Of a stretch of 64,000 nucleotides of DNA, positions 20,889-30,953 are shown in pieces (within the stretch, counting starts at the first letter, position 1; each line of letters opens with the position of its first letter). This DNA is from Minisyncoccota bacterium. Its GTDB lineage: Bacteria; Patescibacteriota; Minisyncoccia; Phycocordibacterales; UBA918. The stretch spans positions 2-64,001 of the forward strand of contig JAWKSP010000001.1 in the NCBI GenBank assembly GCA_041389025.1, read 5' to 3'. The notes beneath the pieces were generated by a model. The model worked only from the letters and a program-made list of their open reading frames with translations. It had not been told where the DNA came from and did not search any database. The position numbers and the translations under genes are program-made.

Positions 20889-20925
20889 TTTCGTTGGTTG
20901 TATTTTAAAAGTTTACTTTTGTAAA

Positions 20926-20969
20926 AAACAAAAGCGCACTTAGCCAACATATCTGGCTAAGTGCTTATT
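20926..20969 (-). terminator. Terminator hairpin downstream of 20970..21440.
   Basis: gcacttagcca-acatatc-tggctaagtgc (11-bp stem), followed on the minus strand by ttttgtttttt. Confidence 0.55.
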
Positions 20970-21440
20970 TTAAGTTTTTCTTGGAGATTGGTTTAACCGA
21001 ATTAACTCTTCTCTCATTCGACTCAAAATATTTTCAACTAATTGTTTATCTCTTGAGTCGTTAAATCTGAAGTCAGCTGATTCTGGCTTTCTTTCTAAAT
21101 CACTTAAATCAAAAATTGCAACAAAAAACTCTTCAGTAGACAAAAGACCTGTAGACTTTTTAGCATAGATTCCTCTACCACTTACATTTGAATAAGACCC
21201 CCCAGCAATAATACGCTCACGAATAACTAAAGGATCTTTGTAATGTGGTTGCAAGACTACAATCATCTCTTTCAAGTATTTATCAAGAACCTTTTTTATT
21301 CTCTTATTATCATCATCAATATAAGCTAGTAAATGTGCTCCACAATATAAAACTACAAATACTAACAATAGTAATAATAATGAATGTGAAACTGAAAATA
21401 AAAATTCTATTACTGGATTTGACATTATCCCTGAAAACAT
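20970..21440 (-). CDS. Hypothetical membrane-anchored protein
   Basis: 156 aa, N-terminal TM LLLLLLVFVVLYCGAHLLAYI. Confidence 0.4.
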   Translation of the reverse strand: MFSGIMSNPVIEFLFSVSHSLLLLLLVFVVLYCGAHLLAYIDDDNKRIKKVLDKYLKEMIVVLQPHYKDPLVIRERIIAGGSYSNVSGRGIYAKKSTGLLSTEEFFVAIFDLSDLERKPESADFRFNDSRDKQLVENILSRMREELIRLNQSPRKT

Positions 21441-21515
21441 ATTTATCCCCTAACAAAAATATAAAAATCTGCTACTATTGAAGCATAAAAGCTTTATTAT
21501 GTCAATATCTAAATT

Positions 21516-22340
21516 TTATCCTCCCTTAATCCGACTTAAAGCCAAATCAAAAAATTGTCCAGTGTCCCACACTGTATAACCTTCCCTAACTAGGTCCAGA
21601 GTCATAACCTTAGAAGTTGGGCCAAGTGAGGTCATGATCAAAGTATCAGCTTTTGGTAGAGTCGAGACCACATTCCTCACCTCTTTCATTAACTGGTCAT
21701 ATTGTAGCCAGGCATCACTCGAAGGACCTTCGACATAAAAAGTTTTTAAGCCGAGCTGTTGGTCTTGAAAGCGAGCTGTGTTACTAGCTACTATCACCAA
21801 ATTCTTAGTCTTTAGGTGATCGATTAAATTATCGTAAGGCAGACCTTTGTTATAGCGACCATGAAAAGTTAGAGCGCTACCGTAGACCTGATCTTTGTTT
21901 ATGTAATCCTTTAGATAAATCTTGCTGTTGGTCCAAAAATGATGTTGCTCCCCGATTCCCTCGGCTTCAAATCCGGCTTTGGTTTTTAGAATAAATTCCG
22001 GGTTAAAACAAACCAGTAAATCTGGGTGGTCGGAAGACAGAACTTCTTTTAGACGCTCGGCCAAAAGCGGATGGTAAGTCTGGTGCCAGTTATCAAAGTA
22101 AAGTCCAACCCCGAGGAGCATATCAAAAACTTCATCACCAAACCGCACGATCGACTTGTTGTTATTTAAAATCTCATTTACTGTCTCGTCGTAGTTAAGA
22201 AACCTGACATCTTTATAATGATCAATATAAGAATCAGCGACTTGATTGTAATACAAATACTTCTTTACAAACGGCACCAAAGCTGGCGGATGGTCAATAA
22301 ATTTCCGCAACCGATTTTTCCATATATATAAAGTCGACAT
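21516..22340 (-). CDS. Hypothetical protein, paralogue of 26940..27782. Tentatively a DUF1792/GT-D-like glycosyltransferase.
   Basis: Shares the S-I-[IV]-R-F-G-D-(G)-E-V motif (NKSIVRFGDEVFDML) with 26940..27782 (GRSIIRFGDGEVYLM). Confidence 0.4.
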   Translation of the reverse strand: MSTLYIWKNRLRKFIDHPPALVPFVKKYLYYNQVADSYIDHYKDVRFLNYDETVNEILNNNKSIVRFGDEVFDMLLGVGLYFDNWHQTYHPLLAERLKEVLSSDHPDLLVCFNPEFILKTKAGFEAEGIGEQHHFWTNSKIYLKDYINKDQVYGSALTFHGRYNKGLPYDNLIDHLKTKNLVIVASNTARFQDQQLGLKTFYVEGPSSDAWLQYDQLMKEVRNVVSTLPKADTLIMTSLGPTSKVMTLDLVREGYTVWDTGQFFDLALSRIKGG

Positions 22341-22372
22341 ATTGTCTGGTATTATACTGATAAATATATTTT

Positions 22373-23164
22373 ATGACCAACAAAGCTACTGAGTTCTCCA
22401 TCATACTACCGACTTATAATCGACCACTTTTGATAAGTAATAGTATTAACAGTGTGATAAAACAAGAATATCAAAATTGGCATCTATACGTAGTGATTGA
22501 TGACATCAATGAGGAATACGCTGTAGCCAAAGAAACCTATGCCGACGAATCAAGGATCACTTTTATTCAAAACGCTGAAAACGTTGGTAAAAATAAATCA
22601 TTAAACCGCGCTCTTGACCAACTAAAGAAGATAAACTTTCTAGGCTATATAGTCTACCTTGATGACGATGATTGGCTATCACCACACTGCCTGACTTATT
22701 TTGTTAGTGCCATAAAAAACGACCCTTACCAAAACTGGTTCGTATCAGAAAGAGTAAATAGTAAGACCAATCTATCCTTTACTACTAATAGAACCGGTAA
22801 AGATGTAATCAGCTACCAATACGACATGTTGCTCCGACGAAAATTTACCGGCGATACCACCCAATGTCTAAACTTCCAAACCATATCCAACGTACGCTTC
22901 CCCACCACTATCAAAAACGCTGAGGAGTGGGTATATTACGCAGAAATATCAACCAAACAAAAAACCTTCAAATACCTACCGGTTGCCGGCACTTACTCTG
23001 AAGGTTATGCGGAAGACGGTCTAACTGATGTGTACCATAGTCAGAACGAGCGCTGGAAAAACAATAAAGCAGTCATAATAGAAATCTGGCAGCGAAAGAT
23101 GTTTTCTCCTTTCATCATATTTTATTTACTTGGACGTCTTGTTAAATCACTAATATCTAGATAA
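22373..23164 (+). CDS. Family 2 glycosyltransferase
   Basis: FSIILPTYNRPLLISNSINSVIKQEYQNWHLYVVIDD...YLDDDD (GT-A N-terminal motif and DxD). Confidence 0.7.
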   Translation: MTNKATEFSIILPTYNRPLLISNSINSVIKQEYQNWHLYVVIDDINEEYAVAKETYADESRITFIQNAENVGKNKSLNRALDQLKKINFLGYIVYLDDDDWLSPHCLTYFVSAIKNDPYQNWFVSERVNSKTNLSFTTNRTGKDVISYQYDMLLRRKFTGDTTQCLNFQTISNVRFPTTIKNAEEWVYYAEISTKQKTFKYLPVAGTYSEGYAEDGLTDVYHSQNERWKNNKAVIIEIWQRKMFSPFIIFYLLGRLVKSLISR

Positions 23165-23165
23165 T

Positions 23166-23198
23166 AAAAAACCGCCGACTAAAGTCGGCGGTTTTTTA
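23166..23198. terminator. Bidirectional rho-independent terminator between convergent genes.
   Basis: aaaaaaccgccgac-taaa-gtcggcggtttttt, GC-rich 8-bp stem flanked by A6 and T6. Confidence 0.7.
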
Positions 23199-23209
23199 TT
23201 ATCTAGATA

Positions 23210-24223
23210 TTACTTTGGAGTCACTACACTTTTTGGCATTGGTGTCTCTGGTACAAATCCAGTATACAAAGCCCTAGCTATCAACCAAGCTCTACCTAAG
23301 TAAGTTCGACTAGGACCCCACTTAATAAGACCAATGAGACAAAGTCCGACGTACCACACCACTACATTTAAAATTAACACAATAAGCCATTGGTCGGTGT
23401 GTCGCTTAGATATTCTAACGGCGTTACGCATCCGATAGTAGACTTTGTAGGTTGGAGTATCAGGATCAAAAAGACCAAAGATATGATAACCGTAACTCGG
23501 AAAAGTCATATCAATATCTGTAATAATTGGCCGAGCACAAGCGTAGGATTGATAGCCAAGCTTACGAATACGCCAAGCATAATCAAGATCTTCTCCATAA
23601 ATAAACATACTAGCGTCTGGCGGCTCAACCTCTCGCACTACCTCAATCGGTAAAAAAGTACCGCCGGTTACAAAAGCTTCTGTTGGTACAATCGGTATAA
23701 AAGGATTTTTAGTTGAAGGTTTTATACCGAGTATCAGCTTAAAAGCATTGATAAGTTTACGAAAACTAAAAACCTCAAATAAAGTTCCGCGTGGTGGTTT
23801 GTCTTGAAGTGGTCTAGAAGTAAAAATATCCTTGTTACCCGGCACATTCACCCGATTACCAACCAATATTACTTTCCTATCCTTAAAGAATTGTAGATTG
23901 GTCACAAAATGATCAATCGCTCCTTCCTCTGGCACCGAATCATCATCCAACACAAACACAAAGTCACAGTCCGTCTCCTGAGCATAAACAATACCTTTGT
24001 TAATCGCCCCCGAATAACCGATGTTTTTCTCCTGTCGCAAAATCACTACCCGTTCTCCATGTTGCCTAACATACTCATCCATAGCTTCCGCATCCTTACA
24101 ACCATTATCGACAATCACAAAAGTGATTACCTGTGAATCGCTAAGACAAGCGTCTGCCACTTGCTTTAAAAGCGGCCAACGAGTACCATATACCACCGTA
24201 ATTACCGTGACTTTGACTTTCAT
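23210..24223 (-). CDS. Family 2 glycosyltransferase with C-terminal membrane segment
   Basis: KVTVITVVYGTRWPLLKQVADACL...VIVDNGCKD, DDD motif, C-terminal TM LIVLILNVVVWYVGLCLIGLI. Confidence 0.7.
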   Translation of the reverse strand: MKVKVTVITVVYGTRWPLLKQVADACLSDSQVITFVIVDNGCKDAEAMDEYVRQHGERVVILRQEKNIGYSGAINKGIVYAQETDCDFVFVLDDDSVPEEGAIDHFVTNLQFFKDRKVILVGNRVNVPGNKDIFTSRPLQDKPPRGTLFEVFSFRKLINAFKLILGIKPSTKNPFIPIVPTEAFVTGGTFLPIEVVREVEPPDASMFIYGEDLDYAWRIRKLGYQSYACARPIITDIDMTFPSYGYHIFGLFDPDTPTYKVYYRMRNAVRISKRHTDQWLIVLILNVVVWYVGLCLIGLIKWGPSRTYLGRAWLIARALYTGFVPETPMPKSVVTPK

Positions 24224-24306
24224 ATTTTTTCAATTTTTACTTGCTTTTGAGGCCATAATAGCATACATTATCACCAAACACAGGGTTGTGTTGGACTGTA
24301 TTTATC

Positions 24307-25245
24307 ATGTTAAATGACGAGAAAATATTCATAACCGGAGGAGCTGGATACCTAGGAAGGAACTTGATCAAGCGTTATTATGATGATAACGAAATCACCA
24401 TCTTTAGTCGTGATGAATCAAAACATTATTATCTAAAAAAACAGTTTCCAAAGATAAGATGCATCATTGGTGACATCCGTAATTACCAACTACTCAAAGA
24501 AGCTTCACGTGGTCATACCATCGGTATTTTTGCTGCCTCATTAAAACAAATTGAAGCAGTTGACCAGAATGTTGAGGAATCTTTACAAGTCATCGTTCAC
24601 GGTGCTATTAACTCTCGCCGCGCTGCTTCTGAAAATGGTTTTAAGGCTGCCACTTTTATTTCGACTGACAAAAGCCGTGGTGCCACCACTATCTATGGTG
24701 CTATGAAGTATGTTGCTGGTGAAGCCTTTATAGCTAATGCAGACGAAACACCAACTCGACTGACTTCAGTTATTTACGGTAACGTATTAAATTCAACTGG
24801 CTCAATAATTCCATTGATCTGGGATTCAATAAAAAATAATTACGAACTAACTCTATACGGTGAAGAAATGACTAGATTCATGATTGACATTGAACAAGCT
24901 ATTGACTGTATTGAATATGCACTCAAAAAAGATAATTTCAATATTATACCAAATTTAAAATCTTTAAAGATCAAAGATCTATTTGAAATATTCGAAGAAG
25001 AATTTCGCTTAAAATGGAAAATGGGGACACCACGCATTTCAGAAAAATTCCACGAACAAATGATTTCTCCTTACGAACGTGAACGAGTAACTTATGACCG
25101 CGAGCACAATATGTTTTTACTTCATAACAAAAATGTCTATTACGAAACAATTCTTTCACCTAAAGGTCTTACTTCAGAAGAATGCCTAGTCACCAAAGAA
25201 GAGTTGCATGATATACTTAAGAAATATAATTATTTTTCTAACTAA
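24307..25245 (+). CDS. NAD-dependent sugar-nucleotide epimerase/dehydratase (CapD/PseB/FlaA1-like 4,6-dehydratase family)
   Basis: KIFITGGAGYLGRNLIKRY Rossmann GxxGxxG, YxxxK region. Start at ATG 24307; the track ORF starts at 24286. Confidence 0.65.
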   Translation: MLNDEKIFITGGAGYLGRNLIKRYYDDNEITIFSRDESKHYYLKKQFPKIRCIIGDIRNYQLLKEASRGHTIGIFAASLKQIEAVDQNVEESLQVIVHGAINSRRAASENGFKAATFISTDKSRGATTIYGAMKYVAGEAFIANADETPTRLTSVIYGNVLNSTGSIIPLIWDSIKNNYELTLYGEEMTRFMIDIEQAIDCIEYALKKDNFNIIPNLKSLKIKDLFEIFEEEFRLKWKMGTPRISEKFHEQMISPYERERVTYDREHNMFLLHNKNVYYETILSPKGLTSEECLVTKEELHDILKKYNYFSN

Positions 25246-25254
25246 GAATCTATA

Positions 25255-26043
25255 ATGAAAATATTAGTTTTAGGTCAAAGAGGAATGCTAGGCCGTACAG
25301 TTATACGTTTTCTAACAGAAAAAACTAACCACGAAGTCTTAACTATAAATAGCCATTGGGGTAAACCAGCTTTTAATGACGAAATCAAAAGTTTGAGAGC
25401 GGAATTTATTATTAACGGGATTGGTAAAATACCTCAAAAAAAACCAGCGCTATTTGACTATAATTTTGTTAATGTTGAGTTACCACGTTTTCTAGAGACT
25501 CTTAATATACCAACCCTCCATCCATCAACTGACTGCGAATTTAAAGGTGATATTCCAATCGGAGAAAGTTACGATAAAAATTCTGTCCGTGATGCTGATG
25601 ACGACTACGGAAAAAGTAAAGCGATCATCTCTGCCGAAATAGAAGATAGTTACAAAAACACCAAAATTATTCGCACTTCGATAATTGGACATGAAGAAAA
25701 TACTAGCCTAGCATTACTAGACTGGTTTCTTGCTCAAACGGAGAGTGTCAAAGGATACAGTAACCATTATTGGAACGGTATAACTACCCTAGAGTGGATC
25801 AAACAAGCTCTACCAATAATCGAAAACTGGCAAGATTATCCAACCCTAAACCAAATCGCCGTCACCGAACATTACTCAAAATTTGATATTTTAAATATTA
25901 CTAGAGAAATCTACGAAAAAGAAATTAAGATAACTCCCTTTGAAACCGAAACTACTGTAAACAAATGTTTAACCCCTGAAATTGAAGCATCAAACCTAAA
26001 AATCCAATTAGTTGAGTTAAGAAATTTTTTTAAAAATAGATGA
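25255..26043 (+). CDS. RmlD-like sugar-nucleotide reductase (dTDP-4-dehydrorhamnose reductase family)
   Basis: MKILVLGQRGMLGRTVIRFL N-terminus typical of RmlD/NAD(P)-binding SDR. ~260 aa. Confidence 0.55.
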   Translation: MKILVLGQRGMLGRTVIRFLTEKTNHEVLTINSHWGKPAFNDEIKSLRAEFIINGIGKIPQKKPALFDYNFVNVELPRFLETLNIPTLHPSTDCEFKGDIPIGESYDKNSVRDADDDYGKSKAIISAEIEDSYKNTKIIRTSIIGHEENTSLALLDWFLAQTESVKGYSNHYWNGITTLEWIKQALPIIENWQDYPTLNQIAVTEHYSKFDILNITREIYEKEIKITPFETETTVNKCLTPEIEASNLKIQLVELRNFFKNR

Positions 26044-26047
26044 ATCT

Positions 26048-26923
26048 TTAAGGTATTAAACAAAGCAGATTAGTATGTAAGTCCTTGAAATCACCATAAT
26101 TTATTTTTTCCTCAAGATTTATATTATTATTGTCTATAACGGTAATTTTATAGCCGAAACTTTTCAAAAAATTGTATAAGTCTTTTGTTTTACCACTAAA
26201 ATCTTGTTCGTAAATATTTGGACTGAATTCAAGAATTATAACTGGTTTAAATTTTTGCAGTAACTCTTTACTACCACGTAATGCTTCAACCTCATTACCT
26301 TCTATATCAATTTTTATTACATCGAGCTTCTCAATAGTTTTAGTAAAATTATCCAATTTATTCACTTCCACCAAAACCTTATCATCAACAATTCTTTCGT
26401 GTTCTATTGTTTTAATAGACGATGCACCAATATTTTCTGAAACCAAAGATAAATCGGCCTGCCCCACCTTATCTGATAATGCAGTTTCATATATTCTTAC
26501 ATTATCTATACGGTTTACCTCTAAACTTTTTTTGATTTGCTTACTTAACCTTGGCAACGGTTCAAAGGAAAAAACTTTTCCTTTATTACCAACAATCAAG
26601 GCAGCATATAGGGTGTGATAACCAATATTGGCGCCAATATCTAGAAAAATACCACCTTCTGGTAAGTATTTTTCAATTACCGCACTAATCTCTGGCTCCC
26701 ATTTACCTAATTTGTAAATTTCATCATCAACTCCACCATTCAAAAAAGGATTTACATAGATGGAAAATTTTTTGTCTCCAACTAAAATATCCACCAAAAT
26801 ATCTTTACCGTTATTGATAGCAAGGCGTGTTTGTTGACGATTTTTTTTTCGCCAAGCTTTAACTTTATCCACTAGAGTTTGAGGTAATATTTTTTTAACA
26901 AAATTTATTAAGGCTTGTTTCAT
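26048..26923 (-). CDS. FkbM-family methyltransferase
   Basis: FLDIGANIGYHTLYAA...FSFEP signature of the FkbM MTase family. Confidence 0.7.
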   Translation of the reverse strand: MKQALINFVKKILPQTLVDKVKAWRKKNRQQTRLAINNGKDILVDILVGDKKFSIYVNPFLNGGVDDEIYKLGKWEPEISAVIEKYLPEGGIFLDIGANIGYHTLYAALIVGNKGKVFSFEPLPRLSKQIKKSLEVNRIDNVRIYETALSDKVGQADLSLVSENIGASSIKTIEHERIVDDKVLVEVNKLDNFTKTIEKLDVIKIDIEGNEVEALRGSKELLQKFKPVIILEFSPNIYEQDFSGKTKDLYNFLKSFGYKITVIDNNNINLEEKINYGDFKDLHTNLLCLIP

Positions 26924-26939
26924 ATTAAAAAATAATTAA

Positions 26940-27782
26940 CTATAACACATTTAAAGTGTCTGTTATAATATGATCCTTATCTTTGTAAGCTACCTCAATC
27001 CCTTGACCAACATCAATTACCTGTATACCATCTTTAGCCAACTCAAAAGCTATCGCCTTACCGGCCGGTCCAAAAGACACCAACACCACAGAATTCTCTC
27101 TACCGTTCTTCACGACCAACTTTTGTATTTGAGCTTTAATAGATTCGTATTCAGAATAAGCATCTGTAGGAGGTGTGTTTACATATTTAATATTTTTAAA
27201 AGGAATATTATTATCTTGACTCAACATATCTATATAATTTTTATTAGCCACAAAAATAAGTTTTTTGCCTAATAGATAAGACTCAAAATATTTTGGTATT
27301 GAATCTCTATAATAAAAAAAGGAAGCATCAAAATAATTTACCTTCTTGTTAAAATATAGGTGGTAATAAATTTTCGACGGTAACCAACAGCTTAGTAGCT
27401 TATGTTTCTTTAGTTCTCTGTTAGTTTTAGATAAAGGGAGACGATTAAGACCTAAAACATAAGGTGAATCCTCTTCATATTCATCAATTATTTTGAAAAA
27501 CAGATCACGTAAACTGACTTCGTATTTTTGAAAAGACAGCCCTCCCCTATTCATTAAATACACCTCACCATCACCAAAACGAATAATAGAACGACCAGTC
27601 TCAAGTATGGAGTTGATATTATCAGCTTCAAAATATTTTATATCCAATTTAAAATAAGGATCAAAATACCTGATGATATAAGAAAAAAAATACTTAGGGT
27701 TATTAAACAAATGTAATCTAATATAACGAATCAGTCGGCCTAATAGCTTCATACCTAAAGCATAACCGTTTATAAAAAACAA
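26940..27782 (-). CDS. DUF1792 / GT-D-type glycosyltransferase-like protein (tentative)
   Basis: GRSIIRFGDGEVYLM motif. Paralogue of 21516..22340. Confidence 0.45.
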   Translation of the reverse strand: MFFINGYALGMKLLGRLIRYIRLHLFNNPKYFFSYIIRYFDPYFKLDIKYFEADNINSILETGRSIIRFGDGEVYLMNRGGLSFQKYEVSLRDLFFKIIDEYEEDSPYVLGLNRLPLSKTNRELKKHKLLSCWLPSKIYYHLYFNKKVNYFDASFFYYRDSIPKYFESYLLGKKLIFVANKNYIDMLSQDNNIPFKNIKYVNTPPTDAYSEYESIKAQIQKLVVKNGRENSVVLVSFGPAGKAIAFELAKDGIQVIDVGQGIEVAYKDKDHIITDTLNVL

Positions 27783-27875
27783 AGCAAATTAAAGCCAAAT
27801 TACGATATAACATGTATTGTCTTATTGTTTAAAAATTATATTAATCTCTATAAAAGTTCAATGTAATAAATTTAA

Positions 27876-28751
27876 TTAAACCTTAAACTTACTACTAATT
27901 ACCAAAGCATAACCATCGCTAACAGGTATTGCCAAAGACTTCACATCCAACCCCAAACCTTTTGTATTTGAACTCAACAAAACAACATCTTTGGTAATAA
28001 TTTTTCTTTGCCGTACCGCCTGAAGATAAAGAACTCCATCAGATAGAACTATGTAAGCATTTGGATAAGGGTCAGTAAGACCTCTAACTAAGTTATAGAT
28101 CTCCACATAAGGTCGATTTTTGACTTTTTCCAAATCTATCTGACCATCATCTTGTTTGCGTCTTTTTAGAGGAGGATGATTTTCTAAGTCAGACTGTGAT
28201 GTAAAGACAATTTGATCATTTATCATATCCTCTAAAAAATTTCGAGTAATCACTGTACCAATATCAATTATTCTGAATAGTATTTCATCTAGAGTACCAG
28301 CCAATGAAAAAGGTATTTGTTCATATATATCACCGCTATCTATACCTTCATTCATTTTTATCACACTAACAGCCGACATGGTTTCTCCTGCCACTATTTG
28401 ATGTTGAATCGGAGTACCACCCCTATATTTAGGTAGCGGTGAAGGGTGAAGGCAAAGACAGATATAATTTGATAAAATTGGTTCTTTCACGATCCATGAC
28501 CAACCATAGAACATAACAACGTCTATCTTATACTTGGCCAACAAAATACTTATTCCTTCTTGATTTTTTCCGTCCAAAATTTCTACCATTAAATTAGGAT
28601 TTATAGACGATAAAGAAAATTCATGTTTAGATGTGGTTATGAGTAAAGGAATTGAATATTCATCGTATTTTGTCATTTGATCAAAAATGGATTGATAAAT
28701 ATCAAACGCCCATTGTCTATAAACAACAAAAGCTACTCTTATCATAATCAA
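27876..28751 (-). CDS. Formyltransferase-domain protein (Fmt/ArnA-N-like). Candidate sugar N-formyltransferase.
   Basis: LCLHPSPLPKYRGGTPIQHQIVAGETMSAVSVIKMNEGIDSGDIY matches the formyl_transferase motif HxSLLPxxRG..PI. Confidence 0.7.
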   Translation of the reverse strand: MIMIRVAFVVYRQWAFDIYQSIFDQMTKYDEYSIPLLITTSKHEFSLSSINPNLMVEILDGKNQEGISILLAKYKIDVVMFYGWSWIVKEPILSNYICLCLHPSPLPKYRGGTPIQHQIVAGETMSAVSVIKMNEGIDSGDIYEQIPFSLAGTLDEILFRIIDIGTVITRNFLEDMINDQIVFTSQSDLENHPPLKRRKQDDGQIDLEKVKNRPYVEIYNLVRGLTDPYPNAYIVLSDGVLYLQAVRQRKIITKDVVLLSSNTKGLGLDVKSLAIPVSDGYALVISSKFKV

Positions 28752-29620
28752 TGTTTTATACTTACTGCCCCAACATCAGACAGAATTTTAAATGTTTTAC
28801 GCAGCATATTCCTAACTTCAGAACGGGCAAATTCATATTCATGTGAATAAACAATTATATAACCATATTTTTTCAACGAATCTAAAAATATTGCTCGCAA
28901 ATCTTCCTCACTATATCTACTATTGGTAAACACCTCAATTCTATATTGTGTTCTAATAAAATCAACATCTTGATATGATGCATGTCCTAACTCTAACAAA
29001 AATTTAGCTGTCTTTTCACACATACGATGACTGCCTATTTCTCGGTCAGTTGTAAAAAGAGCGGTGATATCCTTTTTTTTAAAGTATGACGCTAATTCAT
29101 ATGATTCTGAATAATAATGTAAACGTATCCATTTAGCATAATATTCCCTACCAGCAAATCTATCTATCTCATTATAGATTTTATCAAAGACCAATTCTTG
29201 TTCCTCTGGAGTCTGTTCGAATGGAGCTGTCATATAATTTTTTGCATGAGGACCAAATCGTAACCAATTACCATCTTTTGCCAACTCCCCCCGCAGATCT
29301 CTTACGTCTTTAAGGGTATACAAAACTCCATCGATATCCTTTTCATAAAACAATTCTAAATCTATCTGAGCTCCGTATTCATCATGAATCTCTTTCATTA
29401 AAGCAAAAAAGGGATTATCAAACAAAGGAGTTTTTTTTATAGTTAAGTCTATCAGACTGTCAAAAACATCATCAACAGAAAAATGATACCAAGGTATATT
29501 ATGAAACTCTAAAGGAACTAATTTTCCTATAGGCTCAGTACTTATATTTTTTAAATTCATTGCGGTGATTGTAACATAAAGCTCATATAGAGATAGACAA
29601 ATGATGAAATCATAATCCAC
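28748..29620 (-). CDS. Hypothetical protein within the glycan locus
   Basis: 290-aa ORF with a 4-nt overlap to the formyltransferase gene. No family recognised. Confidence 0.4.
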   Translation of the reverse strand: MDYDFIICLSLYELYVTITAMNLKNISTEPIGKLVPLEFHNIPWYHFSVDDVFDSLIDLTIKKTPLFDNPFFALMKEIHDEYGAQIDLELFYEKDIDGVLYTLKDVRDLRGELAKDGNWLRFGPHAKNYMTAPFEQTPEEQELVFDKIYNEIDRFAGREYYAKWIRLHYYSESYELASYFKKKDITALFTTDREIGSHRMCEKTAKFLLELGHASYQDVDFIRTQYRIEVFTNSRYSEEDLRAIFLDSLKKYGYIIVYSHEYEFARSEVRNMLRKTFKILSDVGAVSIKH

Positions 29621-29884
29621 CTACCTCCTTGTTGTCAAGATATTATAAATTTCAACTTTTTAATACATCTAATTATAATAAAAGGGAAATCAAAAAATAA
29701 AACCCTCCCCGCAATGACTAACTTGAGTATACTAGAATATATTCAGTACTTATAAATACCTTACTAATATGAGTTTAAAAACAAATAAAATGACGGTAGG
29801 CAACCTTAAAGGGAAGTAAAATGACAAAAAATTTGGTTATTCTATATAAATTAAACTTTTACTGTTATAATATATACTTAAACA

Positions 29885-30931
29885 ATGCAAAAAAATATTA
29901 TTGAAAAGAAACCTTTACCATGTTGCCCAGCTTGTAAAGCCTTTGGTATAGAGATGTACACCAACCTTACTGATGACCTATCTAAAACAGATGGTATTTG
30001 GCAAATGAAAAAATGTAGCAACTCCAATTGCGGGACTTACTGGCTTGATCCTACACCAGACCCAGATAATCTATACTTATTATACAAAGATTATACAACT
30101 CACACGGATCCCTTACCGATACAAAATAACAACAAAAGATCAGGTCTAAAGAAACTACTGGATCAAACAAGACAATCTATACTAAACCAAGAACTGGGTT
30201 ACCCAAGCCCTCTTTCTAAAGTAAGAAAGAAATTATTGAACACAATATCATTGATACATCCTGGCTGGCGTAATGAACAACTTAACCAAGTACTATATAT
30301 ACCTTATGTAAATAATGGACACTTATTAGATGTTGGTTGTGGCAGTGGAGCAGCTATGATTGATTTACAGAAAATGGGTTGGAAAGTGACAGGTATCGAT
30401 TTTGACCCAAACGCCATACACAACGCTAAACAGAAAGGACTAAACGTGTATCTTGGTGACTTAAAACAGATTAATTTTCCCGATAATTCATTTGATGCGA
30501 TTCTTATGAGTCATGTAATAGAACACGTACCAAACCCAATAGAAACATTAAAAGAATGTCACCGTATTCTAAAACACAACGGACACTTAATAGCAATCAC
30601 TCCCAACGCTGATTCTCGCGGACATAGACGTTTTAAAGATCATTGGCGAGGACTTGAAGTTCCAAGACATTTGCAAATATTCACTCCAAACTCCTTGAAA
30701 AACATTGGACTAAAAGCTGGTTTCAGAATATCAGAAGAAAAAAATTGTATGCAAGGTATTTACTACATTTGGGACGCTTCTGCTGCACATGAAATGACCG
30801 GTACTTATGAATTACCACCACAAAACACAAAAACTAAGCTAATGGCAAAGCTACGATTATTTGTAGCAGGTATCAGAATGTCGATCAGTCCAAACAAAGA
30901 AGAAACTGCTATACTACACTGTCAAAAATAA
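29885..30931 (+). CDS. Class I SAM-dependent methyltransferase with N-terminal Cys4 zinc-ribbon
   Basis: CCPACKAF...CSNSNC, then LLDVGCGSGAAMIDLQKMGWKVTGIDFDPNAI (motif I), then AILMSHVIEHV. Confidence 0.7.
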   Translation: MQKNIIEKKPLPCCPACKAFGIEMYTNLTDDLSKTDGIWQMKKCSNSNCGTYWLDPTPDPDNLYLLYKDYTTHTDPLPIQNNNKRSGLKKLLDQTRQSILNQELGYPSPLSKVRKKLLNTISLIHPGWRNEQLNQVLYIPYVNNGHLLDVGCGSGAAMIDLQKMGWKVTGIDFDPNAIHNAKQKGLNVYLGDLKQINFPDNSFDAILMSHVIEHVPNPIETLKECHRILKHNGHLIAITPNADSRGHRRFKDHWRGLEVPRHLQIFTPNSLKNIGLKAGFRISEEKNCMQGIYYIWDASAAHEMTGTYELPPQNTKTKLMAKLRLFVAGIRMSISPNKEETAILHCQK

Positions 30932-30953
30932 AGTTAGCTTCAATTTATAACCT

